A DNA stretch of 57,837 bases, counting the filler, from Asterionella formosa (Eukaryota): NCBI GenBank assembly GCA_002256025.1. It is 4 parts of 4 records of this genome, joined end to end, with 100 filler letters (N's around TTAATTAATTAA, not from the genome) between each part and the next. Parts side by side here need not be neighbours in the genome. Positions count along the whole stretch, not along the records: positions 1 to 14,412 come from NKIB01006002.1; positions 14,513 to 28,898 come from NKIB01006008.1; 2 more parts are not named here. The stretch is one strand, 5' to 3'. The position numbers and the translations under genes were made by a program. Shown here piece by piece: positions 12,584-24,660 of the stretch. Positions within the stretch are counted from its first letter, which is position 1; every line of letters begins with the position of its first letter. The notes beneath the pieces were generated by a model. That model had not been told where the DNA came from and did no database searches. It saw nothing but the letters and a program-made list of their open reading frames with translations.

Positions 12584-13042
12584 TAATTATGCAATTTCAA
12601 GGTGTGGTGGGCTTCAAGATGGCATCTGCTGACCGCAGATGTTCATCTGTCCCCCTTCAAGCGATCCTCGCGTTTCATTTCGAGAGGGGCACAACAAAAA
12701 ATATTCATATTCATCATAGAACCATATGCATACTAACCAGTGACATCATTTAAGAATCTAATGATACCAGAGTTAGATTTTATCGTACTTCACATGACTA
12801 TTAGCTACAGCATTGCTTGCGCCATGAAAAACAGAAGTCTAAAGCAATCTCACAAAATGTTGGCTACAATATTTCTTTTAGTATTTGTGCTCGAAACGAT
12901 CATTTGTGAGTCAAAGGTGTTCATTGTTAGGCAACCCACTGCCCTCATCCTGTAGACCAACGATGGCGCTTTCCTCTATGAAAATTGATTGAAAACTTAT
13001 TATCAGTTATTCCCAGAAATGTAACATCCACGAAGCCATGCA

Positions 13043-13753
13043 TTATCTTCTGTTTTCCCCACGCAGGTCGATGCGGAAAATGCTTTGGTTCCCTTCTAGT
13101 TGCAATTTGTCGGAGCTGCAATTTGTCGAATCCACGGTACAGGAGGAACTGAAATATAAAGAATCATGAGTAAGGCTGCTTGTGATTTTCTTGATTTTTG
13201 GTGGTGGTAGTAAGAATTGGTCATGCACCACGAAGGTATCATACTTATCAACTCCTTCAGACGACGAGCTGCCAATTGTTCTAGCAGGCGACGGTGGCAA
13301 GTAACACATACGACTTTTGACCTTGCGTCGCTTTGTGCCGTTCCGGGGCAAACAGGACCGAGGGTTCCTTGCCATTTCGTCCAACGTTAGAGCAGACAAG
13401 GCCGATATCTCGTCGCAATTCACCTTGTGTTCAAGAAATTCCGGTTCTAGGTATTCAGGAATTTCCATCACTTCCTTAGACCGTTTCAAATAATGCATTA
13501 CTTCTTGGGATGACTTGCTTGTTGGGATTATTTGAGGGGTAGCCCTATTGTTGGGGGTAGTAGTTCTGCTGCAAAAGTTTTGCACCGTTGCGTTGTCTTG
13601 GTTCAAGTCATCTTGGCTTACCCGTCTTGCCATCATGAAACAGGAAGCAGATTCCACGACAGCGCCACACGAACCAAAGATTATTTGGTATATACTTACT
13701 GGATCACTTTGTGGCAGACCTTGGCACGCCTTGGGTACGTGAGCTCGGGCCAT
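13043..13753 (-). CDS. Hypothetical Ser-rich protein
   Basis: About 236 codons from the first ATG; no recognisable domain. Confidence 0.45.
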   Translation of the reverse strand: MARAHVPKACQGLPQSDPVSIYQIIFGSCGAVVESASCFMMARRVSQDDLNQDNATVQNFCSRTTTPNNRATPQIIPTSKSSQEVMHYLKRSKEVMEIPEYLEPEFLEHKVNCDEISALSALTLDEMARNPRSCLPRNGTKRRKVKSRMCYLPPSPARTIGSSSSEGVDKYDTFVVHDQFLLPPPKIKKITSSLTHDSLYFSSSCTVDSTNCSSDKLQLEGNQSIFRIDLRGENRR

Positions 13754-14412
13754 CAGTGCGTTCAACGGACAGCAAGCTTCCTTTTGTGTATGGATATTTG
13801 AGAGTCCTCAAACTCAATTCAATACTATAATTGAGAATCTAATCTGGCTTATCCTAATGGGTAAGTACTCTAGTCCTGGATAACATGAAGACGAACCCCT
13901 GTTATTAATTCCAATGCATCAATGAATGAGGAAAACCGAAGGGAGCCAAATTAAAGAAAGCAAGGCTATCAAAATATGAGTCCTCCATATTTTCCATCGT
14001 TTTTGGCTGGCGATTTCGTTTGGTTTCCCGGGAAACACGGATTTTAACAGGATAGTGAATCGGAGTGCCAAATTTTTCACCGGCCCGTTACGAAATCTGG
14101 AGGATGTATCTAACTAAATCTTTCATACATGATTTGAATGCATCCTGCTAACTCGACATGACATGGGTTCTAATCACATACTTAGACTCAACATGAATAT
14201 ACTCGAGATTGGATGTAAGCATTTGACACTCAAGCGAAATTCAAATGATTGATATCGTCTCAGCCAACGACCGGCATGGTTTTACCTTTATTTAATGTAT
14301 ATGTATACATATGTGAGGTTTATGTACCGCACTCTTTAGTACAGTGCCTGGACAGCGTACCAGTACCTCGTTATGAATCTCGAACCAACTGTAGTTCCTG
14401 GTACCTGGTACC

Positions 14413-14512
14413 NNNNNNNNNNNNNNNNNNNNNNNNNNNNNNNNNNNNNNNNNNNNTTAATTAATTAANNNNNNNNNNNNNNNNNNNNNNNNNNNNNNNN
14501 NNNNNNNNNNNN
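14413..14512. other. Artificial scaffold spacer (N44-TTAATTAATTAA-N44)
   Basis: Exactly 100 nt with a six-frame stop linker; identical to the spacers at 28899 and 43369. Confidence 0.97.
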
Positions 14513-15673
14513 CAATCCAGCTTCTTTGCCGAGGCCATGGTGGCTCTTGTGAAGCAAAATCGCTTTCGAGAAGCGAGGGATCTGATTTTTGAGTTGAAGG
14601 AACGACATGACATTGAGCGCTTGGACGGATACACAACCACACGCATGTTGTGTCAACTCAGGGCAAATCTTCGGGAAGCTGATGCAACAAATGGAATTAT
14701 CAATGGATCTGATGCTGCTCAGCTTGCGGTCCATTTGGAACATTTTTTGTGGTGTGATATACAGGAATATAGAGTGTATAAACTGCAATTGTTGAAAGCA
14801 CAAAATCAGGCAGATGAACATGAGCTGCAATCAGCAACGCGCAACCTGAATGACACTCTAAGTCAAATCATGAAGAACCGACGACCAGAAGAAATTGCAC
14901 AGATCATGGATGCTTTGGAGAATGAAAGTGAAAATGAAACAGAAAGCGACAGCGAAGATGAGGATGACAATTATCAACCTGATTATGACGATACCTTCGA
15001 CTTGTCACAGTCGCTGGAGGAGGCGATTGAGGAGATAGTTAAAGAAGTCAAAGAACGAACTCATTACCAAGATGACGAATCTAGTAGCGATTCAGGAAAC
15101 GAAGGAGAATTTGATTGCGATTCTGACCATGGAGAAGTTGACTATGATGCTGAAAGGAATGAAATGGTAGCTTTTGAAAACAAGGTGCTGGATATTATCG
15201 ATCCCGAAGGCCCAAGATTCACGATAATTAAAGGAGTTAAAGCCGTTGCATGGTTGAAGAAGAAATATGAGGGACAAGAGAACATTCAGAACAATGTTGG
15301 TCATGACAAACTGACTTCTGACAAAGCTTGTATCAACAGGGACATTTACGAGTTCGATGGGATCGATATCGATGAAAGTGACAGTGATGAAGATGACAGT
15401 GACAGTGACCTCGAAGATGAAAGTCATAGTGATGAAGATGACAGTGATGACGACTACAGCTCAGACAGTTCCTCATCATTCCATGATGCCATGACTAATG
15501 ATATTGTGTACCTACGAGATTCATCCTCATGGGTCCTTCCAGATGTTACTTCACAGTTGACTAAGCTTAACAATGGAAGGGATTTGTTATACACGCGGAA
15601 GTTTGAAGAACAACTGCTTAACACTCTCTCAAGTGAAGAGGAGGAGGATGAGGATGACGATTTTATACAATAG
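14513..15673 (+). CDS. Hypothetical highly acidic (Asp/Glu/Ser-rich) protein, possibly 5'-truncated at the scaffold edge
   Basis: The frame is open from the first base of the scaffold (first ATG at 14537). It has long D/E/S tracts and an internal duplication at 15371/15416. Confidence 0.7.
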   Translation, partial: QSSFFAEAMVALVKQNRFREARDLIFELKERHDIERLDGYTTTRMLCQLRANLREADATNGIINGSDAAQLAVHLEHFLWCDIQEYRVYKLQLLKAQNQADEHELQSATRNLNDTLSQIMKNRRPEEIAQIMDALENESENETESDSEDEDDNYQPDYDDTFDLSQSLEEAIEEIVKEVKERTHYQDDESSSDSGNEGEFDCDSDHGEVDYDAERNEMVAFENKVLDIIDPEGPRFTIIKGVKAVAWLKKKYEGQENIQNNVGHDKLTSDKACINRDIYEFDGIDIDESDSDEDDSDSDLEDESHSDEDDSDDDYSSDSSSSFHDAMTNDIVYLRDSSSWVLPDVTSQLTKLNNGRDLLYTRKFEEQLLNTLSSEEEEDEDDDFIQ

Positions 15674-15865
15674 AAAATACACTGCTGTGGCAATTTGTCT
15701 TGTTAAATAATGTAGGGGAGAGACAAATAAGTGCTACTGTTAAATTTTTATCTTGAATTCCTTGTCCAAGCCAAAGGCTTATTCTGAACTGAACACAGCT
15801 TTGTACTTCTGTATATCAGTTGACATGGTACATTTCAAAGCAGAGAACAAACATGAATGCAACAG

Positions 15866-16746
15866 TTATACCACATTCCTATCGGCAGGCACACTTGCCC
15901 CTTGCATAATACCGTATGTATCAGCTACCCGCTTTGTCTCCTTGGCCTGTCCTGATCGCCGTTCATAGTCTTCCTGCAACTTACTCAGAACAATCTGTCC
16001 ACAAAAGATGCCAAGAATAGTGTAAAGAAATCCCATGACAATCATCATCCATGCCACAACCATGGTGTATTGCATTGCAGCAGCACGGCCAACAGTGCCA
16101 GCCATCCCACCAGCCCGGTTTGGGGACGAATCATTCTCTTCCAACCCTAGCACTCCAATAAAGATGTAGACACATCCTCTGGTGGGCCAGAATCGAAGAA
16201 GCGTTGAGTCCTTAGTCCACTTGGTCCATTTGAGCTCGTTGAGAATGGTGAGGCAACAAAGGGCGACAACATAGACTCGTAGAATATATTGGATTGGGCC
16301 ATCGGCTTCATATGCCATACCAATCAACTGGCCAATCCCCATATTCAAAGCTGAAAACATTGTCAAGAAGGCGATCATCCTGTAGAAGCGATGAAGGCAG
16401 TGACGTTGAGGATTCAATTCTTCGGTTAGCTTGGACTGGAGGGCTTCACGCTGGTTCGACTCAGAGGGCTCATCTGCCCAACTCGTGCCGGCTGCAGCAT
16501 CAGTACTTAAGAAGGCGAGACAAACAAGGACCGGGTGAGTTTCAAATTTCTTGACAGGCTTTGGTGGCTGCGTGCGACGTGAAGCGAGCAGCAGGGGCAA
16601 ACTAAAAACAAGGTAATGGTGACCGGGGTTCGAAGAATCACAACATAAAAACAGAAAAGATAAAACGGAAAATGACTGCGAAACTTATCAGCTTAGAAAC
16701 GATTCATGCATATGTTTCCGCTTTTGATGACTTCCTACCTCATCAT
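15866..16746 (-). CDS. COPI-associated (Tvp15-like) multi-pass Golgi membrane protein
   Basis: Four hydrophobic segments and the motif FWPTRGCVYIFIGVL. Probable micro-exon ATGATGAG|gtagg at 16746-16739, with in-frame acceptors at 16602 or 16506. Confidence 0.7.
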
Positions 16747-17252
16747 GCTGATTGATTCGATTACTAGATATAGGTTCCGAGAGACAAAGAAACGCTTCGC
16801 ATGTTCCTCAAATGAGATTAGTTACCGGTAGTAGCCTTTCCAAGGGAAATGACGACACCGGTAAGATGATGTTCTGTGATGGTCACATATAGTGTACTAT
16901 TAATTTGTATCATTTTCATACTTATATGCCGCCTAGACTAACGGTATGTTCAACGGTATACCGGTATCCTATTGCTATGAATTTATGATAAGAATGTCCA
17001 TGTCATTTTTTCAGCAATTCCCGCTCCAAATATCGTCTTGCCACTCGGTTAAGTAATTTTTTGGGGGGGAAACAAACATCATTCAGGCATGATTTAAGCT
17101 GAAATAATTGACTCTCTGCAATAGACTTTTGATTCCTGTGGGGGAAATATATATCTACATATATATATATCAAGAGGAGCACTTCCTTCTAGTCTAGATA
17201 TCTGTGTAGCTAGACTAATTATGTAGAGAGTACCAAATAAATAATGCAGACT

Positions 17253-20200
17253 TTAGAATGATGTTGGACTACCATAGGATGTGGTTGGCAGGGTCTCGTC
17301 GAGGAATTCGTCGTCTTTCCTGCTCCGCAATATCCTTTCGCATACAGTACACACCCATGCCGCCTGGGTGACTTCGCAAAACTTGGGAAAGTACTCGGCT
17401 CCAAGTCTATGGTAACAGCAACTTGCACAAACATGACGCCCACAATGTTGACAGTTTTGAGCACGGGAGGAGAACGTTCCAAACCTTGATTTGCATTGCA
17501 TACACCGGCCTCGAGACGGCACTGGGGACTGATGCGAGCTGATACTCGCAAGAATGCGATGCAATGAATGTTCATCGACAACCATGTCCAAAGGTAGTAC
17601 TTCGTCGTCATGCATGTCATTCCAGAAGGCGGCCCATCGCTTAGGTTTTCTCCAAATCAAGTCCAAACTTGCTCCACTGTTCATTAACTGTATTGCCGAG
17701 TCAATATCACGATGATATAGTGACAGGTGCAACGCGGTACATCCAGACTTGGAGCATACATTTGGATCAGCACCATGAAAAAGCATGTCATGTAACATTT
17801 CTTGAAAAAGGTCTACTTCGCGCAAGGATTCATTGTGTGAAAGTAAGTGTAGAGGTGTTTGCCCTCTGTTGTTTATGGCATTTGGGTCGCCTCCTTTTTC
17901 GAGTAGTATGCTTAGCACTCTGTCCACGTCACCGTCATTGAGTGTAACTAGATGATGAAGAGGAGTGTTGCCCTCCCAATCTTCACTATTAGGATCAGCA
18001 GCAAAAGGCAATTCAACGTCACACAATAATCGTGTTATACTGGAACGGGATGACAGGGATCGCTGTGTGGCTACTGGATCATCGACTATTCCAACCTGGG
18101 GGTATGGATGGCAAATAACATGCAGTGGAGTAAACCACTTGGAATTGTCTGCAACGGTCACATCAGCTCCATTTCGTAGCATACTCTGGACTGCTACAGA
18201 ATCTCGCCGCTCAACTGCCAAGTGGAGTGGACAGACGCCCGCTATGTTGGGGATATTTGGGTTCCCTCCTCCCTTCTCCAGAACCAAATCAATAATGGAA
18301 CAGTTGTTAGCCAAATGAAGGGGCGTATTTCCATCAAAATCTTGACAGTTTGCGACCGCGCCATGATCCAAGAGCATATTTGTGTTCCTGAAGCTTGAAC
18401 TTCGGACTGCCATGTGAAGTGGAGACTCGCCAGTATTTGGATCCGATTCATTGATCAATTTGTCCAAAATCGATGACTTCACAATTGTTGTCCTGAGTGC
18501 ATCTTCGTCACCCTGTCTAATTGTGTTATGGAAGCGATGAACTTCGAGCCGGAATGAAGATTCGCACGACAAATCACTTTCAGCAATACTCTGAAAGTTA
18601 TACTTCGCCATCGGGGACACATTCATAATGTTATAGGTATCAGGAATAATCTCGTCGTCGCCATCGAGAAGACTTGTAGAAGTCACTGAATGGTTTGAAT
18701 CGACATTTATGAAACGTACTGGACTCATAAAGGTTGATTTCGGCGACTTCGTGTTCCCTTCGGCCTCCTTGGTCGATATTTTGCGCAAAAAGCTAGTTAG
18801 TGGCGACAAGAAACTTTGATTTGAACCATTAACCTTCGATATCTCCTGTCCCTGCTGAGTGCGAACGGAACCCTGGTCGAACCTTGATTTTCTCATTGAC
18901 GAGCTCTTTGGCGTGCTTAGTGCACGACCAGGAGATGAGACTGCACTTAGCACTTCGCTTGGACTACGAAGAAAAGCGATTTCCTTCCGAAGCATCTCTA
19001 GTTCTGCATCCTTTGCTGCGTTTTTTGCACTAGTATAATGCGAGTCGACTCCTTCACGTAGGGAAGAATTCTCGCGCAGGAGCACTTGCAATCGTTCTAT
19101 CTCTCCTTTCATGCGTAGGGCTTCTTCAGATTCGGTATTTCCTCTGAAATCGGCGACTTCTTTTCCGGGAGTAAGCGTCTGCTGCTGCTCTTCCAACTGT
19201 CTTCGAAGCATGGCTGTTTCGGCTCTGAACCTGTCACGTTCGGCAATAACTGCGCGTAGATCCCGAGCTTCACGCTTTAGTTGCTTTAATTTCAATCGGG
19301 CGAGAAAGCCACGTGCATGAGCTTGCAAGAGCTCAGCAAATTCAATGGTTCTCCAATACCTTTCCAATGCTTGGTACATGCGCCAGTTCTTTTGAAGAAT
19401 CGCCGCTTTCCGTGCTCGCATCATAAATGTTAGTAATTCTCGCGCCATGATTCCACGATATGTACGCTGGCACCACTGTGCAATGACTTGTGCAGCCAGA
19501 AAGTTCATCTGAGCTAAATAACTTCGCCAAACTGACTGGATAAGTATCGACGAACGATGTCGTCGTTGTGCAGTTGCTCGACGAATTGCAAACAACTTCC
19601 TCGAAAAATTCTGCAATACGAAGACCGCCCAAATAATTGATTTGTAATATATCGTAGCCAAAAATCCTCTAGTCGCTGCTTGTAATCGAACGGCAGCGAC
19701 CGCCATCTTTTCGTTCCGCAGATACTCTAGTGCTTCAAAAGTACCTAGGCGCAAGAACACTTTCGAAAGTCCCAGCTGAATACCGACAGTCGCATTCTTA
19801 TTCCTTCCAGTAATCCCATTCTTCGAGGGGCTGATCACTGCTCCTGTTTCATGGAGCCTCTCCGACACAAGATCACTCGCAGCGTTGACAAAGACTTCAC
19901 ACAAATCCTTGCCTTTTGCGAATTTCATGCGACGACGGACATCTCCAACAGCGAGCATTCTGTATCGTTGGACAAATCCTTTGTGGGTGTAACGTTGCGG
20001 AAAGCCCACACGAGAAACTCGAATTGCCTCCAAAACACCAGTACAGCGTAGTTGATCAGCAATCACCAAGGAATCGAACGTGCTGGGGATTAGGTTATCG
20101 TTGGGCTTGAGACAGCGAACATAATGAGGAGTCGTTTGATTAATGCGTTCTCTCAGTTCTCGAAGCTGCGAAGTGAACTGACTGCCCACGCTATCTCGCA

Positions 20201-22352
20201 ATAGCGAACTATTTGCTCGTCTCAAATCCCGTTTGCTGGGTGTAGCAAACAAGTCCAGAGACGTGTGTCCAGGTGGCGGGTCTCGTAGGATCTTTCCAAG
20301 GGCAACAATGAAGGGGAGGGAGGAAGACATGAGCAATTCAGTTGATTCTTTGGGAAGTTCATCTTTGTTTTTCTCTAAGAAGTTGGAGGTATCGTAGGCA
20401 ACAAAGCCAGCGTAGTGCTCAATCGAAAAAGCGCCATGGATTCGTTGAGTGTTGGTTACATCGAATCTAGGATTGCCCATGCATTTTTCGTAAGCAGCTC
20501 GAGCAAAGGACTGGTCGGTGCTTCGAGGGAACAAACATTGTTCATCCAGAATGGACAAAATTCCCGTGTGCTTCATTTCAATCAAATCTAGAACGTCTTG
20601 ATTGTCAGGGAATGAAATAAACGACCAATCTATCCCTTCTCGTTCATACTCCTCCTGCTCTAACTTGAACACATATTTATTGAACTGTTGCTGAAGCGCT
20701 TCATTGCAAAAATTGATACAAAGCTGTTCAAAAGAGTTCACGTCAAAAGATTCAAAACCAAAAATGTCCAATACACCTATAAAGGCAGCTTGAGTTGCAC
20801 GGCCTTTCACTGGAGATTCACTGATTCGAATAGATTGGTTCACTCGCCTTACAATGTAGGTAAATAGTGCCGCATATGTCGCCTTCATCAGTGCCTCCAT
20901 TGCTTTGGTAGCTTTTAAAACGGATAGATTTTTGTGCATGATCTCGCCACGAGCTTCAATCGCAGAGAAACAGAGCGCCTTGTTCAGGTCCTCTGAGGAT
21001 ACACCCAACAGGCTGAGAGTCGCCTTCAAAGACGGATTCAACCGATCCAGGGCACTTGCATCAGGGCCAGTCTCGACAAAGGTCAAATTAGAGCAATGCA
21101 AGAGAGCACATATGAGGGCAAACATGTCATGTTGCTCGTTTTTTGTGAGTCCCACAGTATCCATGGCCACCCCTAGATCCCTGTATGTATCCTTATCGTC
21201 CACTCCGTCACGTCGGTCAAACGTCCCAGATTGACACGTCATGCGAAAGTCATTTGCGGAGCTGTTGCCAATGTGCAACGTTTGTCGTAATGATTGGGGT
21301 GTGCCCTTGAGAATTTCATAAAATATGTGATAGTTCCGTTCCCCGGGTGTTTGTGTGATCAACCTAACTTTTTCCAATAGGTATGTTTCGATACTGGCAG
21401 ATGTCAACTTTCCTGCTTCCAATAAAAAGGAAATTTCAATAAACTTTCCGAAGCGCGAACTGTTGTCGTTTCGGACCGTTCTGGCGTTTCCAAACGACTC
21501 CAAAATAGGGTTGCTCTGTAACACTTGAGCTTCAATGGACTGAGATGAATTTGAGTTTCTAGATAGTGTTGTCAAATATCTCATAATAATCTTCGTCGTG
21601 ACGGTCTTTCCGGCCCCTGATTCTCCTGAAACCAGAATGGACTGGTTTTGGGACGACGTTATCATATGTGTGTATGCTTCTTGTGCAATGGCGTAAATAT
21701 GAGGTGGTGGCCGCCGATCTGAACGTTTCCAGTATTTTCTCATTAGCTCTTCTCCATACAATCCTGTAATTAACCTAAATGGATTCAGCGCCAGCAAAAT
21801 CTTCCCGGTATATGTGTAAATGGCTTCTCTCTGATACCTCCGACGGAGGCATTCGACAACTGCTGGCTCGTGCAAGTGCGTTAAGGAAGTCAGATCGTCT
21901 GGCAGTTCGCTCAAGGAGTTAGCCATGAGCGCAGCACACAGTTCGTGATTATTGGGATCCAGAGTGATGGTCGTTCCATTCAGAGCGTGATTGTCGTCGT
22001 CAATGCGCACAGTGACGGGGTGTGTGTATCTCGATCGTTCTGTATGTTTCGCGCCAGGCGAACTTGTTGTTGGGCTTAGGACCTTTCTCAGCTTGACATC
22101 ACCGAAAGGACTGACGCTTTGTCCGCTCTTTCTAGCTAGGGGCGTTGCATTGCTGATTACAAATGCTTTGGCCCATTCCCAATGCTGTGCTCGTCCTCGT
22201 CGTCGCTTCCTTGCTGACCAGCCTCGTGGCAACTTCCCTCTATTTTCCACGATGGCTTCCACCACATCAATCCGAACCCAAACATAGTTCTTCCCTTGAG
22301 AAGAACTGCGTGGTGTGGCCATAGGTGACGACAACGGATCACACCTGACCAT
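17253..22352 (-). CDS. Myosin heavy chain with IQ motifs, coiled coil, ankyrin repeats and C-terminal FYVE-type zinc finger
   Basis: 1699-aa single ORF: GESGAGKT, NDNSSRFGK, DIFGFE, several IQ-like repeats, GxTPLH ankyrin repeats and CMQC...QNCQHCGRHVCASC...VCTVC. Confidence 0.96.
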   Translation of the reverse strand: MVRCDPLSSPMATPRSSSQGKNYVWVRIDVVEAIVENRGKLPRGWSARKRRRGRAQHWEWAKAFVISNATPLARKSGQSVSPFGDVKLRKVLSPTTSSPGAKHTERSRYTHPVTVRIDDDNHALNGTTITLDPNNHELCAALMANSLSELPDDLTSLTHLHEPAVVECLRRRYQREAIYTYTGKILLALNPFRLITGLYGEELMRKYWKRSDRRPPPHIYAIAQEAYTHMITSSQNQSILVSGESGAGKTVTTKIIMRYLTTLSRNSNSSQSIEAQVLQSNPILESFGNARTVRNDNSSRFGKFIEISFLLEAGKLTSASIETYLLEKVRLITQTPGERNYHIFYEILKGTPQSLRQTLHIGNSSANDFRMTCQSGTFDRRDGVDDKDTYRDLGVAMDTVGLTKNEQHDMFALICALLHCSNLTFVETGPDASALDRLNPSLKATLSLLGVSSEDLNKALCFSAIEARGEIMHKNLSVLKATKAMEALMKATYAALFTYIVRRVNQSIRISESPVKGRATQAAFIGVLDIFGFESFDVNSFEQLCINFCNEALQQQFNKYVFKLEQEEYEREGIDWSFISFPDNQDVLDLIEMKHTGILSILDEQCLFPRSTDQSFARAAYEKCMGNPRFDVTNTQRIHGAFSIEHYAGFVAYDTSNFLEKNKDELPKESTELLMSSSLPFIVALGKILRDPPPGHTSLDLFATPSKRDLRRANSSLLRDSVGSQFTSQLRELRERINQTTPHYVRCLKPNDNLIPSTFDSLVIADQLRCTGVLEAIRVSRVGFPQRYTHKGFVQRYRMLAVGDVRRRMKFAKGKDLCEVFVNAASDLVSERLHETGAVISPSKNGITGRNKNATVGIQLGLSKVFLRLGTFEALEYLRNEKMAVAAVRLQAATRGFLATIYYKSIIWAVFVLQNFSRKLFAIRRATAQRRHRSSILIQSVWRSYLAQMNFLAAQVIAQWCQRTYRGIMARELLTFMMRARKAAILQKNWRMYQALERYWRTIEFAELLQAHARGFLARLKLKQLKREARDLRAVIAERDRFRAETAMLRRQLEEQQQTLTPGKEVADFRGNTESEEALRMKGEIERLQVLLRENSSLREGVDSHYTSAKNAAKDAELEMLRKEIAFLRSPSEVLSAVSSPGRALSTPKSSSMRKSRFDQGSVRTQQGQEISKVNGSNQSFLSPLTSFLRKISTKEAEGNTKSPKSTFMSPVRFINVDSNHSVTSTSLLDGDDEIIPDTYNIMNVSPMAKYNFQSIAESDLSCESSFRLEVHRFHNTIRQGDEDALRTTIVKSSILDKLINESDPNTGESPLHMAVRSSSFRNTNMLLDHGAVANCQDFDGNTPLHLANNCSIIDLVLEKGGGNPNIPNIAGVCPLHLAVERRDSVAVQSMLRNGADVTVADNSKWFTPLHVICHPYPQVGIVDDPVATQRSLSSRSSITRLLCDVELPFAADPNSEDWEGNTPLHHLVTLNDGDVDRVLSILLEKGGDPNAINNRGQTPLHLLSHNESLREVDLFQEMLHDMLFHGADPNVCSKSGCTALHLSLYHRDIDSAIQLMNSGASLDLIWRKPKRWAAFWNDMHDDEVLPLDMVVDEHSLHRILASISSHQSPVPSRGRCMQCKSRFGTFSSRAQNCQHCGRHVCASCCYHRLGAEYFPKFCEVTQAAWVCTVCERILRSRKDDEFLDETLPTTSYGSPTSF

Positions 22353-23299
22353 GGCAGAGAGCGTCTTTTGAGTGAGGCTAATAATAAATAATTGTGATTT
22401 AAAAAAATACTAGATTTAAACATTTCTGTACATTCTGTCATTACCTTTTCTATATTGCATATGATAAACATTGCTTTATATTATCGCTTTATTCCTTCGC
22501 AAAAACCACAAATCCGTCTTGATTTGGATGGAAATTTCCTCCTCGCTCATGGGGATGGTCGTTACCCTACCGAAAGAACAATCGTCATGCCCGCGGAGGC
22601 CTTGAAAGGGGCCCGGTCATTACATAGACAGTTCTCGTGGTATTGGCACATGAACCATCCTATTCTTATTTATTAACGGCATCGACTGAGCGAGCGCGGA
22701 TCAATATAATTCATGCAGGAATAATTGATTAAATCAATTACAGGTATATGTACGGTACATACTATGTGCCACACCTAACCAGCCAAGACGCAATGTGATG
22801 CTGAAAACTATACGGCCATGTTATACGAGCAAGTTGCGGTAACTTTGCTCTATCTAATTCCACCTAGACTTCGTACCGGCAAAACTAATTCCAATTCCAA
22901 GTTGATACATGTGTCTCTTCTTGATATCGGTTTTGTAAACCACCCCGGCCTGCTTGTTGTTCCAATAAATATCTAGCTTAAATCTAATTTAGCCTAAAAT
23001 ATTGAGACCAATCTGTTTTGCTTATTCTGCCATTTGCCTCCCAGCGGTTTTGCTTCATGCGAAAGCAAAAGGTTGCTGCATTGCAACAGCAAAATTTAAA
23101 ACATACCTTAGGGTTGCCAAATTCCTTGAAAAAAAGAATTTTTAGATAATTTTGAATGACATGATTCCATTTGAAATATTCAAATCAGTGGACGAAACTG
23201 TGCATACGTTCATAGATTACATAGATTCCTTTTCGAATTTGCTAAACATCATACTATGTATAAACATTCTACATCACTCAAGGTATATATACCTCTCTA

Positions 23300-24660
23300 T
23301 AATATGATCAACATGTATGTGTCATACAAGCTGGCAGCATGGCAAATATTGTTAATAACTAAGAAACAAAAAATGCAACAATCAACAACCATGAGCGAAA
23401 TTACACATCACAATGATGACAATGGTGATGATGAGTTCAACTAGTAATAGTACTACACCAGCCAGCCTTGATAGTTGTCCTACATGCCAAGACTGGTTGA
23501 TTGTAGAATTGGACAATTTGGAGGGATGTGAGGATCACATCTTCTGTGAATGCTGCGATTTTGGTTGCCCTGAATGTCAGTGCCAATGGGTGGGATGAAG
23601 TCGAAGAGTTGGTTGAGAAGTTCTTGGAAGGTGAAATCATTCTCATCAGGTTGAAGGATGAAGACATTACAGCATCATGCATACCGCAACCATTGATTGC
23701 TGTGGCTGACCTCTGAGAACGTTGGTTGGGAAGTGAAATACAAATAGCCTGTTTGATCAGTCAGATAATGATAGCTAAACAATGGTGAGATTTCAAATAA
23801 GAAAATAGAAGCAAGGAGCTTTTCAATCAAGAAATTTTTTATTTTGGGTTGTCACCAAATTCACTGAGTCTTCCAAAGCACCAATCAACCATTTATTTGG
23901 TTGTCACGACTACTACTGCTCTGACACATGGTGTACTGCAAAGGAAACAAGCAAGACAAGACAACAATTTGGGCCAAGCCTACGGCTAGCGNNNNNNNNN
24001 NNNNNNNNNNNNNNNNNNNNNNNNNNNNNNNNNNNNNNNNNNNNNNNNNNNNNNNNNNNNNNNNNNNNNNNNNNNNNNNNNNNNNNNNNNNNNNNNNNNN
24101 NNNNNNNNNNNNNNNNNNNNNNNNNNNNNNNNNNNNNNNNNNNGCAGCGGAAAGAAAAAAAGAGAACACAACAATGAGAAATGAACAATCATGCAAACAC
24201 TGTGGACAAAATGATCATTGAAAGAAAAGGAATGTACTCTGCCCATTCTTTCAAGGCAAAGTACATTCTTCTGTTATGCATATAGTACCAGAGATCACCG
24301 AAGAAATTTTACAAGTGTGTCCAGTGTGGCTGGTGTGGGTTTGCAAGATGTCGCAAAACGGGCCAATCAATTGGAGCTAGCTAAGTAATTCACAATAAAC
24401 TACTATCATCAGCATGTAGATAATTCAGTGCGCACTTACAATGGAATTTTTTGTACAGGATATTTTACGACTAAACATTAAATAACAAGAGTTATATAGA
24501 GATGAAAACATTTTGGCACTACGAAGTGATTCTGATTCCGATGTTTTGGCAATGGTTGAAAAGGCCGATTGTTGTTTTTTGGACAACGATTGCCCAATGT
24601 GGGCTGGGTTTGAACGCAATTTAGATAGATTGGTAATCTTCAAAAAGGAACTTCGGTATT
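23300..24660. mobile_element. Probable decayed transposon region containing an internal N gap (23992-24143)
   Basis: Short broken ORFs. A frameshifted Cys pattern (FCYAY...YKCVQCG-VG-C, ~24268-24350) is reminiscent of piggyBac C-terminal zinc-finger tails. Confidence 0.25.

Noticed and set aside
14457..14468. TTAATTAATTAA as a biological palindrome or piggyBac target
   Set aside because: It is centred in identical N44 flanks three times, so it is an assembly linker.
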